Part shown: positions 50,401 to 62,421 of the stretch, piece by piece
Layout of the letters: each line of letters begins with the position of its first letter
Numbering within the stretch: position 1 is the stretch's first letter
Source of the DNA: Raillietiella orientalis
Taxonomy: Eukaryota
DNA: 64,000 bases
Assembly (NCBI GenBank): GCA_036172245.1
Contig: JAYWIR010000026.1
Location: 558,001 to 622,000, forward strand
Direction: 5' to 3'
Program-made: the position numbers and the translations under genes
The notes under the pieces: generated by a model
Database searches by the model: none
What the model was told of the DNA's origin: nothing
Seen by the model: the letters and a program-made list of their open reading frames with translations, nothing else

Positions 50401-50934
50401 CAGTCCGAACTCCTCGGATAGCCGTCGATACGCCGTCCTTCCTCTGGCGTCTTCCGAATGAATGATCTCATCCAAAATGTTGAGATCGCCAGCAACAATG
50501 ACGACGTCCTTGGAAGCAACCTTTTCACGGAGTGCTGCATGCAGCGCCTCCGCACAACGATGTTTTAGCCTGTGCGGTCCGTACACGTTCACCAGGATGA
50601 GGTGAACAGTAGCGGACCAGGCGAGTCGCACGCCGATGATTCGTCCGGGTTGGGGACAGAACACTTCCAGAATAGTGGGGGCCAAGTTGTTCTTGATTAG
50701 GACCGCCACTCCCTGCGTGTTCCGTTCTCCCTCGCTGACGAAAATCTGCCCGTTGAATCGCCGTTTCATTTGCTGGCTAATCTCGAGACCCATCTTGTGG
50801 GTCTCCTGCAGGCACACTATGTCTTGTTGTGCGATGGTCCGCACAATCCTTCTTCTTTTTCCCTGGTCGACCATCCCGTTTACATTCCAGGAGGCGATGT
50901 TCAGCCTCCTGGCGGTCGATAGGGAAGAGGCCAT
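47416..50934 (-). pseudogene. J ORF2 (EN, RT, decayed Cys/His motif; stops at 49135 and 47590)
   Basis: SWNVNG, LQETH, VYGP, GDLN, SDH, DMEKAFD, GVR*GDSLSP, YADD, KYLG, CAACGDDDTRLH. Confidence 0.9.
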
Positions 50935-51035
50935 AAAAGGGGAAGACCTATTTCTTGGCCTTCCTGAGCTTCTTCTGTCTGAGAGAGCGTGCTCTTCCAG
51001 ACAATGAAGAAGCAGCGGGCTTCTCGCTGCCGGCG

Positions 51036-52760
51036 TCACTCTGTTCCGGTGAGGTCGGTTACTTCCGCCTCCTCCGTCGAGTGTTCGGCCCGCTCGATCA
51101 ATTTTCGAGATAGAGCCTCTATCTCGACCTTGGCGCAGAAGTTCGTTTTCACGTCGAGAAGCTGTTCCTCTAACTTCTCGCGTTCAGCGACCTCCACCAC
51201 CTGGTTGATGTTCTCTTGTGCAGTGCAGATCTTCTGCAAGATTTTCTCTTGCTGAGGACCGCTCTGCACCTCCAGGATCTCCTCCGCCAGTGTTGCCAAC
51301 TCCTCCGTAGTCTGCAGAGCCTCCTGCGACACTTTAGTGGCTTCCTGTCTCTCTTCCTTCGCGCCTTCCTGCGCTACCTCCATCTTCTCGCCTTCCTGCT
51401 CTGCTGTTTCCAGGATTTGAGGAGTTCCTTGCTCCTTGACGAGCATCCTCCTCTTTCCCTTCTTTCCCACTTCTATGAAGCCGTCCGCCGACACCGGGAC
51501 GGCTTCTTTCACTTTTTTTCTGCCTTCCTGCCTTCTGAGGCTGTTCGGCCTCCTTGATGTTTCTCTCTCTCACGGGAGAGAGACCTCGAATCCTTCTGCA
51601 GTTTTCAAACTCCGGACAGCTCCATTTCGCATGTCCGTGTTTCTTGCAGAAGGAGCACACCTCCGGATGCGGGCAGTTTCGGACTTGATGTCCTACTTTG
51701 CCGCAGCGGAAACAACGACACGTTGGGCAAGAGCCGGCCCTGTGACCGAACTGCTTGAACCCGGTGCAGAATACCGGTTGTTGCCGGTAACGCACATTCA
51801 CTCCCTGGGATTGTTCGTCAATAACGGCCAATCCAGGGATCACCGCTCCCTCCCTCAACTTCATCTTGGGATCATGTCGCCAGAAAATATGTTTCCAGAG
51901 AAGTTCTGGAATTCAAGGTCCAGAACTTCCCCAAACTGCTCCAAGGAATTCCACACCGCTAGTTGCGGTGTGAGGATGGAGATGCCGTTTAAAAAGACGG
52001 TTGTGTATGGCATCTCGCCAATACCACAAACCATCCGTTCTTGTATATTGATCCCCTTCTGGATCAATCGCTCTCTAATGTTTTCACAGTCTGTAAAGAC
52101 TGTGAACCCGTTGTTTGATGGAATGATCGCCTGAATGCGATCAAAGTCTATGTCCGTCTTGTCGAGGGACAAATAGACCTCCCTGATGTTATTAAATTTT
52201 ATTAGCCCCGTCTTGAAGATAATGGGCTTCACGTTGGGGCCTAGTTCGACTATTGGTCGGTCCACTTTTAGTACTTTTCCGCTAAGCGGCTTACCGAATT
52301 TCCTAGGTGGGTGGACACTCGCCTGTCCAGCCGCCACCGACGCATAAGAAAAAGGCTGCGACGCCGCAGCCGAACAAGATGGCGTCGCTCCCTGCACCGC
52401 GTGGACGCCCGCGGGTCCCGCCTGGGACGCCACCGCCGCGGGCGCAAACCTCGACGTTGCCGCCGTTACCGCCGCGGGCGGCACCCTCGGCATTGCCGCC
52501 GCAGGCGCGACCTTCCCCGCCGCGGGCACGATCCTCGGCGTCGCCGCCGCGGGCACGACCTCCGCCGTCGTCGCCGCGGGCACGACCTCCGCCGTCGTCG
52601 CCGCGGGCACGACCCTTGGCATCGCCGCCGCCGGCGCAGCAAAGCCCGCCGCGGGCGCGATCCTCGGCATGCCTGCCACCGCCTCGCCGTTGCCGCACGT
52701 TACCTCCATGGCTTCCATGGGGGACGACGGTCTCTCCACTCTTCTTCTAGGTGCCTGCAT
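51036..52760 (-). pseudogene. J ORF1 (Ala/Pro repeats, RRM-like region, 3 CCHC-type knuckles; stop and frameshift)
   Basis: CTGFKQFGHRAGSC, CFRCGKVGHQVRNC, CSFCKKHGHAKWSC. Confidence 0.85.
52425..52670. repeat. GC-rich ~27-bp tandem repeats in J ORF1 (VVPAATTAE-like)
   Basis: GCCGCGGGCACGACCTCCGCCGTCGTC occurs twice exactly, with degenerate flanking units. Confidence 0.85.
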
Positions 52761-53606
52761 CCTGGCAGCTGGTCTTGCTGCACGGGACCACTGCAGGTCT
52801 TTTGCCGCGATCTCCTCGCCGCTTCTTTTTTTTTTTTGTTTCTTCTGGAAAACTTCCCCTCTCCGGGCACACACGAGCACAATTAACTAATAAAGTTGTC
52901 AAGCGCACAATACTTTGAGCCGCGGAGCAAGTTCACCGACTCGGCAGGAGAGGAGCAATCTCCCGACTGTCAAGAAGGTGACTCCGTTGCCGCCTTTTAA
53001 AGGCGTAGCGAAAGCAACGCCCCCAGAGAACGCAGCGAAAATCCCGGAGGTTTCCGCAACTACTGTCGCGGAAGCTTCCGAAAATCGCGAAGGCGAATGG
53101 AAGGTTGTGGAGAGGAGGAAAGAAAAATCTCCAAAGAAAGCTCCGCAACCTCCATCCCTGAGCTCTTCCAAAGGAAAAAGCAGTCGCGCGAATACAAAAA
53201 CACGCGCGGCTTGTGACTCTTCCAAGGAAAAAGCCAACGCCTTCAACGCGTGCAAGTCCGCTTCTGTGACCGCCGAGAAGACCATTCCGGTGCAATCGGA
53301 CGGATGCAAGCGCACGTCGATCGTGCGAGCATCAGACTTCGCAAAGGAGTCCGATAACGCAGCTGAACGACGCGTAACTCGCGCGGGAGCGAGCGCCCGC
53401 AGGGCTGAAGCCCTGAGGCGTGACACACTCGCCGCGGAACGGCGAGTGCTCACCCCGGAACCCACAGGTTCTGCACACGGGGAGGAGCACCCGATTACGT
53501 GCAGCACAGTTGAGGCCGGTGGCGACCGCGCCCTCCAGCCCGTCGTGCTGCTTACTGCCCGCTCGCCGGGTGAGGCGAGCACCACGGCCTCGCTTTCCCA
53601 GCCGTG

Positions 53607-56600
53607 ATGAGGGCACTCGCGTCTTCTCGTCGTGTTGCCGTAACGTCTTGGAACGTCAACGGGCTCCAACACGAGGAGAAGAGGCGACTAGTGGCTGACG
53701 CTCTGCGCGCCTTCGACTTGACGCTCCTGCAGGAGATTCACAGCATCTCCGGAGAGCAGGCTGCCGAAATCGAACGGCGCGCGGGCGGAACGCTACTTTA
53801 TAGGTGCGGCGTTGCACATACGTGCGGCGTCACTTTCCTCGTGCGAGGAACTTTGGCGGGAGCGGTGCGCAGCGTTCGTTTCGACACGGAAGGCCGAGTG
53901 GGACAGCTTGTACTGAAGTGGTCCGACTCGATCGACCTTGTCGTAACCAACGTGTACGCGCCGAGCGGTGCTGGACGATGGGCCGAAAGGATTGAGTTCT
54001 TCGGTACCCTTCAAGGCCAGTGGCTCACTCGATCTCACCCTACTGTGGCCCATCTCATTGCGGGGGACTTTAACGTCCACCTGCTTTCCGAGAATAGATC
54101 CCACAAAAGGGAAAAGTTGCTAGCGGAATAGATGTGCGTGTCCTTGCACGCGTGCAACTTGTTCGCTAGCGACCCTGTTATGGCAGCAACGCCGGACCAC
54201 GTATACCTTGATGAACACTTGCTCTGTCGAGTAAGTCGGAGAGGTCCCGTGCCGTCCGTGCTTTCAGACCACAACAGGCTCGAGTTCGATTTGCTTTCGC
54301 CAGGCAAGGGGCCTCCAAACTGTTTTTGGAGGATGCCGGCAGACTGTCTAAGCCACCCGGAGACGGCTGAGCATCTTCGCCAGTACCTCTTTGGCTTTGC
54401 CATAAGTGAGCTCGAGGACTGGGACGATCTGAAAAGATCGGTCCGCGAGTTCTGCTGCCGGTTTCCCTTGCACCAGCTTCCGCGCGGCTTCGGAGAGGGC
54501 GTAGCCAACAGCAGAGATTTCCTGCAGGCCCGCTCCTTTTCCAGGCGCGCGGACGTTGGTCGATTATCCGAGTACAAGGCCAAGGCCGAGCGCCAGGTCT
54601 GGCAGTCAGGGGCGACAGTTCTTCTCGACGACCAGGACCGGGAATGCTCGGCTCCAGCCGACGTGCGACGGATAGTCAGGCGCTATTACTCTTCTCTTTA
54701 TGCAGAGGCACCGACGGAACGCAGCCTCTCCCGGCTGCTTCTGCCGATTGATGCACCTGTTGTAGACGAGGAGGAACGCGCGCGTCTTGATGAGCCCTTC
54801 ACGGCAGAGGAAATTTCCTCGGCCATCTCGGGGCTCAAGAGACGAAAAGCGCCAGGCAAAGATGGGCTTCTTGCGGAATTCTTTCAGTGTTTTGCGGCGG
54901 ATCTCATCCCCTTGGTGCTCCAACTCTCGTCGCTGATGCGAGAATCGGGCGATTTCACGCCTCGTTTTGCTCAGCGAAGGTGCGTCTACTGCCGAAAGGC
55001 GGAGATTTGCGCCAACTGAGCAACTGGCGTTCGATCACATTAGTGAATTCGGACGTCAAGTTGTTCTCGAAACTTTCGGTGGCGCGGATGGGTAGGATCG
55101 CGGAATCCTTGGTAAGACTGGAGCAGACGTACGCTTTTCCTGGACGGTCCATAAACGCGAATCTCTGGTTTATCCGCCCATGGCTGCAATTGCAGCATCG
55201 TGTGGCGGTGGATCCTCGTGCGGAAGCAACGCGTTCGATCTCTCACCGACGGAGGCGCAGGACGCAAAGGGAGACACCGGGAGCCTTAGCGGCTGCAGCC
55301 GATCTGCACAAAGCTTTCGATTGCGTGAACCAAAAGCTTCTTCTTGAGCTTTTGGAACGTCTGGGTCTTCCGGCATCCCTGTTGGCGTACTTGCGCTCCT
55401 GCTGGCGTTACGCGATTACATCCATTGTTTTCAGTGGCTGTCGCGTGTACGGCGTGCCGGTACGACAAGGAATTAGGCAGGGTGACAGCTTAAGCCCGCT
55501 GCTCTTCAGCATCTATTTTGAATTGGTGCTGGAGGCTTACAGGCTGACGCTAGCCAACCTGCCGAGCTCCTGTCCAGGTACGCCGGCCGTTGCAGCCTAT
55601 GCCGACGACCTGCTTCTCCTGTTGCCCATGTCCATTCCGACAGCGTCGCTTGAAGATTTCTTTGAGTTGATCCGTCGCGGTGCGGGCGTGAGCGTTAACA
55701 GGAGTAAGTGTATGGTTGTTCCGATGGGTGAGACGTGGGAGGGGCAGTCCGACTGGATCGATCTGGGGATCCCCACGGGCAGGTACCTAAGGTACCTTGG
55801 CGTGCCGTTCGGCGACTTCTGCATCTCAGAAGCGTGGTCGGACTGCCTTCGGAAGGCAGAGCGTGCACTTAGCCCGTTTTCAGGAGGCGAGTTCGTCTTG
55901 CCGGAACGGGCCTGCATCTGGAACACCTTCGTTGCCCCCCTCCTCCGCCCCCTGTTTTTTGTTTGTCCACCCCCCCAGGAAGTCAAAGTCTGGGCGCAGC
56001 GCCTTCTACGCAAAGCGTTGTGGGGCGCTGCAAGATCCCGTGTTAGACTTCAAGACTTGGTGGCGCCGCGTCAGGATGCAGGTTTGGGCATCCTCGACTT
56101 AAACAGCATCGAACTGCAGGTGCAGTTTCGCATGCTGCGGCTCTGTGCCAAGCTGTGGTGTACGCCGTGGTGCTTACCCGCACGCCTTATACTGAGGCGC
56201 TGCACGGGAAGCGAGGGACTGCTTTCGTTGCTACCCCACTTTCGGCACACCAGAATAGAGTTTGGCTTCCCGCTGAGGCAGCTGTCCTCACTGCTGGAAG
56301 CCCAAAGCTGGATCTCCTGCCGCCCCATGAACATTAATGCATAAGGACAGGAATCTTTTTCATCGTGGGCAGCTTCCGAAGGAACGCGCCCGGAAGATCT
56401 TCGACGCCTGCGACTTCTCCTCAGTCATCAAATGGACGAAGTCATGCAGGACAAGAAGTTGTCTGATCGTCTGGCCGTCACACCAATCGCCGCAGCGCTG
56501 TGTGCCCTCAGGGAAAGCAACGACGGTTGCCTACCGGCGGAATGGGAGCTCTCCTGCAGAATAGCGGTAGTCAGTAAGCTCCTCCGTAGCTGGACCACAA

Positions 56601-57176
56601 AGGAGCTGGTGCAAGCCGCCACACCTCGGAATCGGGCGAAGGGACTGCTTCGGTGGAGCGAACATTTAAGTGTGCCCCCCGGAGAGAGAGTTGGTTCCCT
56701 CTGTTTGTTTGACAGCTCCGTGTTCCCTTAAATGGAAACAAGATGTGCTCCTCTTTTACATTGTGCATTTCACTGTAATAGGCAGCGAAGATCGTTTCCG
56801 GGGGAGCTGCTTTTGGTTAAACTGTTTAAGGTGCGGAGAGATCGAGTCTTTTCCGCACCTTTTGTTGGACTGCGGTGACCTCCGGGAACTGTGGCGAAGG
56901 CTCACTTCGGCCATCATGCCACAAGGAGGCACTGCCAGTGATGTGCTGCGGCGCTTCTTCAGCAGAAATGGACTTTCGGTTGGCGCGATTGTCGCAACCA
57001 TGTGTTGCGTTCGCGCCATCGTGAAGGCCCGCTACGCCCTGGAGTTTTCATCGCAGCGAAGGGAGGCTCACCTGCTTGCAGCTCAATTCATGGAGAAGGC
57101 TTCAAGGTGGTCTCATCTTCGTGACAAGGTGAATGAGGACATCACCGGCATACATCGCCGGTTTACACACCTTTGA
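53607..57176 (+). pseudogene. G ORF2 (stops and frameshifts)
   Basis: EN and RT motifs, YADD, CLRCGEIESFPHLLLDC. Confidence 0.9.
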
Positions 57177-57501
57177 GAACGACGTAATCCGGTGACCCCT
57201 GCTACCTCTCGCCCACCCATACCCCGTCCCCGTTCGCTCGGTAAAATTTCCGGTGCCCATGCTTTTATCCCCGTGTCTTCCAGAGCGATCCCAAACACCC
57301 TTATCCCGTCCTCCTTATTCATTGTTTTTATTTTATTTTGGTTTCTTTGTGTTTCCCGCCCCTTCACACCGTTCACAAAACTGTTACTCTTGCCTGCGTG
57401 CCAGCAATATTCTCTTCATTCATGTTCAGTCGTCGGTTGGGAGTTTGGTTCCCAACTGGTTTATTTTGTATAATTGCTTTTTTTTTGGTTATGTTATATG
57501 G

Positions 57502-57531
57502 AATAAACGCCCCGGCGTGACCGGGTGAGAA
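57502..57531 (+). terminator. Conserved 3'-terminal AATAAA plus CCGG-N5/6-CCGG hairpin; representative copy
   Basis: Copies at 4826, 15700, 30747, 37243, 45151, 57502, 62392 (+) and 23040, 31149 (-). Confidence 0.75.
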
Positions 57532-57694
57532 ATCTCCCGGGCTTGATCTGCGGAGATCACGTGGATCTCCTGCAGCAGCACCAGGTCGAAGGATGCCAGG
57601 GTGGCGGCCACGTCACGCCTCTTGCCGTAGTCGCTTAGCCCGTTCACGTTCCAACAGGCGATCAGAAGACGACGGCGAGAGGCGATTACCGGCA

Positions 57695-59338
57695 TTATGG
57701 CTGGGAAAGTGGCGTCGCGGCACCTGCCGCGGGGCAGGTGTAGGGAAGGTCCATCGGTACGAGGACGGAGGTCTCTTCAGGCTCCTGGGGTACCTGTTCG
57801 GCCTCCATCCTCACCATCCCATACGTGTCCGAGCGTGGAATTCTCTCGGGCGACGGGTCCCGGGAGTTTCCCACGCTCATGGCACCCTCGCTACCGGAAG
57901 CCATCTCTTCCCCTTCGTCGGGGGAGACGATCTTCCGGGGCATTGTGGACTTTCGTCCTGCCTTTTTGCGGGGTGCCGCGGAGATGGATGCTGTGTTTCC
58001 GGCCTTCACCTCGGGGTCGGAAGTGGCCGACTCCTGAGGGGAAGCCGGACGCCTGACGGCCTTCTTGCCAGCCTTGGGGGCAACCGGCTGCAACGAGGCA
58101 GCCAGCTCCTCCGCGGCGCGCTCGAAGGCGACGTCATCGAGCGTGGGCTCGATGATGGACGCCGCCGCCTCGCTCCCCTCCTTGTTGACTTTGTCAACGG
58201 AGGGTTGAGCAGGGGCAGCAGCGAGTTCTTTAGCGCCGCATTCGTCGATGGCGGGAATCCGCTCTACAACGACGCAGCAGCTTTTAATTTTTTCGCGGCG
58301 CAGAGCGGTTTCGCTCCGTTTCCCCACGTTCTTTCCCTTCTTATGGGAGTTTTTCTTGGGGTCGACCTTCTGCCACCCTGGCTCTTGACCCTCGCCCTCG
58401 ACCTCTTCGGCGTTTTTCGACGGGGTCTCCGAACTGGCCTTCGCCTTGGTGGCGGAGGTGACCTCCTTAGCAGCAGCACGAGCTGCCAGCTTCTTTCTCC
58501 TTTCTGCCGCGCGCTTTCTCGCGTTTTTCGCGGACACGACGCGGACTGTGTTTTGGGGGCACACCAGACGGGTGTGCCCCGATTGTTTGCATTGCTGGCA
58601 CTGCACGCTCGGACACCTCATTTTAAGGTGACCAAAGCTGCTGCAGCAGCCGCAAAACTTGGGTTTCCCCACGTACCACACGTCAACGGATTCACCGTTG
58701 ACGGTGAGTTTGTGGGGAAACTCACATCCCTCGCGAACCGTCACTCGCGCTGCACCCAGGCCGCCAAGCACCCCGTCGTAATCGACAAAAGGAGTAGGCT
58801 TTCCCCACAGCGCGTGGACAGTTGCAAATTTTTCTAATTCGTTCCGGACGGCCTCCTTCGTCATCCGGAACGTGATACCGGTCAGGTGAATGATCACCGA
58901 CCGGTCTTCAGTAATGGAGAGAAGCCTCCGGCTGCCCATAATTACGGGGGTTCGCAGAAGTCTCTGCGCAAGAGTTGCCTCCTTGCAGATAACTTCCACA
59001 AATTGACCCCCGCTTCTGACGGACATAGCCAGAAGCTCCTCTTTCTGTACGCCGAGAACGCGCATCGCCTGTGAGAAGGCGCGCGCGTTCTCGGGAGAAT
59101 ATAAACCGCCTACCTTATATAGAAGGGGTGGGTTATACCCCTCCTCCAGGTAAGCGCGCATTTCCGCCATAGCCGCTGGCGTAGGTGCCGCAGCCACGGC
59201 ATTCCAAGCCCTGGGTAGGGCCGGGGGCGCATCCGTGCTGGCGGGAGCCTCCACTGATGCGGGAGCCCCCACCTCCATCTCCTCCGGGGGCAATGAGGTC
59301 ATCGCCCCCGGATCCTCACCGGTGGTGGTATCAGGCAT
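57695..59338 (-). CDS. F ORF1, open (547 aa)
   Basis: CGCCSSFGHLKMRC, CQQCKQSGHTRLVC; ends at TAATG 57697-57693. Confidence 0.87.
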   Translation of the reverse strand: MPDTTTGEDPGAMTSLPPEEMEVGAPASVEAPASTDAPPALPRAWNAVAAAPTPAAMAEMRAYLEEGYNPPLLYKVGGLYSPENARAFSQAMRVLGVQKEELLAMSVRSGGQFVEVICKEATLAQRLLRTPVIMGSRRLLSITEDRSVIIHLTGITFRMTKEAVRNELEKFATVHALWGKPTPFVDYDGVLGGLGAARVTVREGCEFPHKLTVNGESVDVWYVGKPKFCGCCSSFGHLKMRCPSVQCQQCKQSGHTRLVCPQNTVRVVSAKNARKRAAERRKKLAARAAAKEVTSATKAKASSETPSKNAEEVEGEGQEPGWQKVDPKKNSHKKGKNVGKRSETALRREKIKSCCVVVERIPAIDECGAKELAAAPAQPSVDKVNKEGSEAAASIIEPTLDDVAFERAAEELAASLQPVAPKAGKKAVRRPASPQESATSDPEVKAGNTASISAAPRKKAGRKSTMPRKIVSPDEGEEMASGSEGAMSVGNSRDPSPERIPRSDTYGMVRMEAEQVPQEPEETSVLVPMDLPYTCPAAGAATPLSQP

Positions 59339-59420
59339 TGCTGCCTAATCCTCCACCCACACCACACACAAGCACCAACGGAAACGAAACTCAGGAGCAA
59401 CGAAAAGACACGTCCGCTCG

Positions 59421-62215
59421 ACGCTCCGCAATCTCGATGATTGGGACCTTTTTAAGGCCTCGGTCCGCGAGTTTTGCGAGGAGTTCCCCTTGCACCTCCT
59501 GCCCCGGGGATTTGGGGAGGGGATCCGTAACGAACGAGAGTACTTGTATGCCCGTCGTTACGCGAGGACCCCCAATGTCCGTCGCCTGGCAGAGTACCGA
59601 GCCGGGGCCGAACGTCAAGCCTGGCAATCCGGATCGGCCAGCTTGCTGGACGACCAGGGCCGGGAGCACTCGGATCCGGCTAGAATACGGCACCTCGTGC
59701 GGCGTTATTATTCCTCCCTTTACGCCAGGGCGCCCCCGGACCAAGATGCCTCTCGGCGCTTGCTTCCGAACGGTGCCCCGGCAATAGGGGAGGAGGAGAA
59801 GGAAAGCCTCGACGAGCCTTTTACCACCGGCGAAATTCTCGCCGGTATCAAAAGGCTCAAGAGGCGGAAAGCACCAGGGGAGGACGGCCTGCCTGCGGAG
59901 TTTTTTCAATGCTTTGCGGCAGAGTTGGCACCCCTGGTGCTTGAGTTGACAAGGCTGATCCGAGATGAAGGCGATGTACCGGCCTCGGTTCGTTCAGCCA
60001 GAGTGAGGCTCCTTCCGAAAGGAGGAGACCTCAGGAAACTCAGCAACTGGCGTCCGATCACAATTGTGAACACGGACGACAAGTTGATCGCCGGACTGTG
60101 GGCTTCGCGTCTGGGGCAGGTGGCTCATTCCATAATTAGCCCGGAGCAGACTTACGCTGTTCCCGGGCGAAGTATGGAGGCCAACCTCTTCTTCGCGAGC
60201 ACATGGTTTCATGTGCAGAGTAGTGAAGAGAAGGAAGAGGGAAGGATTGGCAGCCTCGCTTTGGGGGCGTCAGCCGGGCAGGGACAGAACTTTCAGGTGG
60301 GGAAGGGAGCCCTAGCGATCGCAGTCGATCTGCATAAAGCGTTTGACTGCGTGGACCAGGATCTCCTGCTGGAGCTCCTAGGACGCATGGGCTTCCCTCC
60401 CTCCCTACTGACCTACCTGCGCCCTTGCTGGCGCGGCGCGCTAATCAATATCTCTTTCAGAGGTCAAATGGCGTACGGCGTGCCGGTACGGCGGGGCATA
60501 CGGCAGGGAGACAGCCTCAGTCCCCTGCTCTTTAGCACCTACTTTGAATTGGTGCTGAGAGCGTACAGGGTAACTTTGGCCCCCTTGCCGAGCTCGTGCC
60601 CCGACACGCCCACCGTAGCAGCGTACGCCGACGATCTTTTGCTGCTGTTGCCGATGTCCACCCCGGCGAACGCGGTCGGGGATTTCTTCGATGTGCTTAG
60701 CCGCGGGACCGGACTTACGGTGAACAGGGCGAAGTCGACGGTGGTTCCAGTCGGTGCGGCGTGGGCTGGGCAGCAGGACTGGGTCCGCTTGGGGATCCCC
60801 ACGGAGAGGTGCTTGAAGTACCTTCGTGTGCCGTTGGGGGACTACTCCCCTGCGGAAGCGTGGTCCAGCTGCCTCCAAAAAGTGGAAACAGCGATCGGCC
60901 CATTCCTGGAAGACAAGTTTCTCCTACCGGAACGGGCCGCGGTATGGAACGCGTTCGCGGCTCCTATCCTCCGCCCCCTGCTTTTTGTTTGCCCCGTCCC
61001 CAGAGAGTTGAAAAAACGGACGTAGGACCTCCTGAGAATTGTCCTTTGGGGAAGAGGGAGGCCCCGAGTCCCGTTGAAGGACTTGTGTGCTCCACGTCGG
61101 GATGGCGGTCTCTGCCTCTTGACGATGGAGGGAGTAGAGATTCAGCTGCGGTGGCGAACCCTCGCCATCGCAGCGAAGTTATGGAGCACCCCTTGGTGCG
61201 TTCCGTCCCGACTCCTTGCCAGCCGTGTATCCGGGACGGAGGTTCTCGCGTCCTATCTTCTCTGCCGTGGCAAGAAGATCAAGAGATGCGGACTTCTCCT
61301 GGGACGCATGGCAACTCTGGCTAAGGAAAACGGCTGGATGGTATGCAGCCGCGCCAACTCCTCCGCATGGCTGGAGACAGCTGGCACGTGGGCGAAGATA
61401 AACCAGAAGAACGGAGAGATGTGGAACTGCCTGCGACGCGGCGCCTATTCCCGCTGCACTCTGCGGAAGATACTCCAGTGTCCCGCGAGAAGCACGTGGG
61501 CAGAGACAACCCCCCTAGCTACGGCAATGCCCTTCCTGAGGAAAGCGCTTTCCAGCAGCCGCAAGCCTAGGTGGCAAGTCTCCTGCCGCATCGCAGGCAA
61601 GAAGTTGATCAGCGGCTGGTCCACGGGTGAACTGGCGGACGCCAGTACCCCTAGTGTCCAGCCGAGAGGACTTCAGAGATGGGGCGAGCTACTCGGCATC
61701 CAGCCGGATGACCTGAAGTGGCCCCCGGTATTAATTGGTTCTAGGATCCTCCCCCTGAAGTGGCAGATTCGGCGCTTCTGTTGTTGCATTGGGGTCTACC
61801 CTGCAACGCACGTTGCAACCACTGGACCAGGGGTCGAGGAGATCCTACCTGCATCAGGTGTGGGGAACGGGAAACCCTCCCCCACCTCCGTGTTGATTGT
61901 GCTGCCCTCCGACCCCTGTGGGAACGTCTTCGTGCCTCCCTACGGATCCAGGAGGGCAGCCAGCCCAGAGACGTTTTTCGGCTTCTGTTCGTGCATGATG
62001 CCCTGCGTCCAGCCGCTAACCTGGCTCCACTTTGCTGCGTACGCGGGATTGTGACGTGCTGGAGCAACGTCAGAAGACCGAGCCACAACAGGGATGCCGT
62101 CGTACTTGCAGTCCGCTACCTGCGGATTGTGACCAGATGGCCCCACCTGGGAATTATACGGACGGACCTCGAGGGCATCCTGCGAAGGATGGACCCTCCT
62201 CCCAGTGGTCAGTGA
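59421..62215 (+). pseudogene. C ORF2, 3' part (RT and CCHC; TAG at 61023, frameshift near 61765)
   Basis: KAPGEDG, DLHKAFD, RQGDSLSP, YADD, CIRCGERETLPHLRVDC. Confidence 0.9.
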
Positions 62216-62421
62216 TCCCTCCCCAACCCTCCCAAATCTTTTTGTTTTTATGTTTTATTTTTCTTTTTGTTTTTTCCCCCACCCCCTTCCGCTGCCGAGG
62301 AGAGTCGCGCCGGTCTGCGTACCGGCGACCCGGCAAGTCCAGTTGAGTTGGCCGTAGTGGGGCCTCGTACCACGAATCAAAGAGAATGTTTAATAAACGC
62401 CCCGGCGTGACCGGATGGCAA

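Larger units (their letters stand above)
47282..52935 (-). mobile_element. Element J: divergent L1/Tx1-like LINE (5.65 kb) inserted antisense into G ORF1
   Basis: 12/13 TSD CCG(T/A)CTCGGCAGG at 47269-47281 and 52936-52948; G ORF1 frame resumes (PSRQ/PTRQ); 3' end AATAAACTTACCCCACCCCTTGTGGGACTTGGGGAAA. Confidence 0.9.
45919..57531 (+). mobile_element. Element G: full-length LINE (D-like subfamily) inserted antisense into F; contains J
   Basis: Imperfect TSD ATCTCTTGCGCT (45907-45918) and ATCTCCCGGGCT (57532-57543). ORF1 46036-47281 plus 52936-53607; TGATG at 53605; AATAAA at 57502. Confidence 0.85.
31121..59420 (-). mobile_element. Element F: full-length LINE inserted antisense into C, split into four pieces (59420-57532, 45918-45182, 39540-37273, 31780-31121) by G, I and H
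   Basis: TSD-like 16/18 match ACGCTCCG(G/C)AATCTC(C/G)AT at 31103-31120 and 59421-59438. ORF2 frame resumes at each insert; pieces sum to about 5.55 kb. Confidence 0.82.
17138..62421 (+). mobile_element. Element C: full-length LINE split into three pieces (17138-19292, 30777-31120, 59421-62421) by D and F
   Basis: ORF2 frame resumes across the inserts (GDFN|LRLL; VTLRNL|DDWDLF). Pieces sum to about 5.5 kb; AATAAA at 62392 plus hairpin. Confidence 0.8.

Noticed and set aside
51034..51039. TGACG as a non-AUG stop-start in J
   Set aside because: An in-frame ATG at 50934 aligns with the ORF2 starts of the other elements.
57502..57531. Helitron-like 3' hairpin
   Set aside because: No CTRR end, TSDs are present, and the elements encode APE-RT rather than Rep-helicase.
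22996..59438. Classical Tx1 target (U2 snRNA, 5S, tRNA, microsatellite) or telomeric head-to-tail array
   Set aside because: All TSDs are LINE coding sequence, no RNA gene or telomeric repeat was recognised, and orientations alternate.
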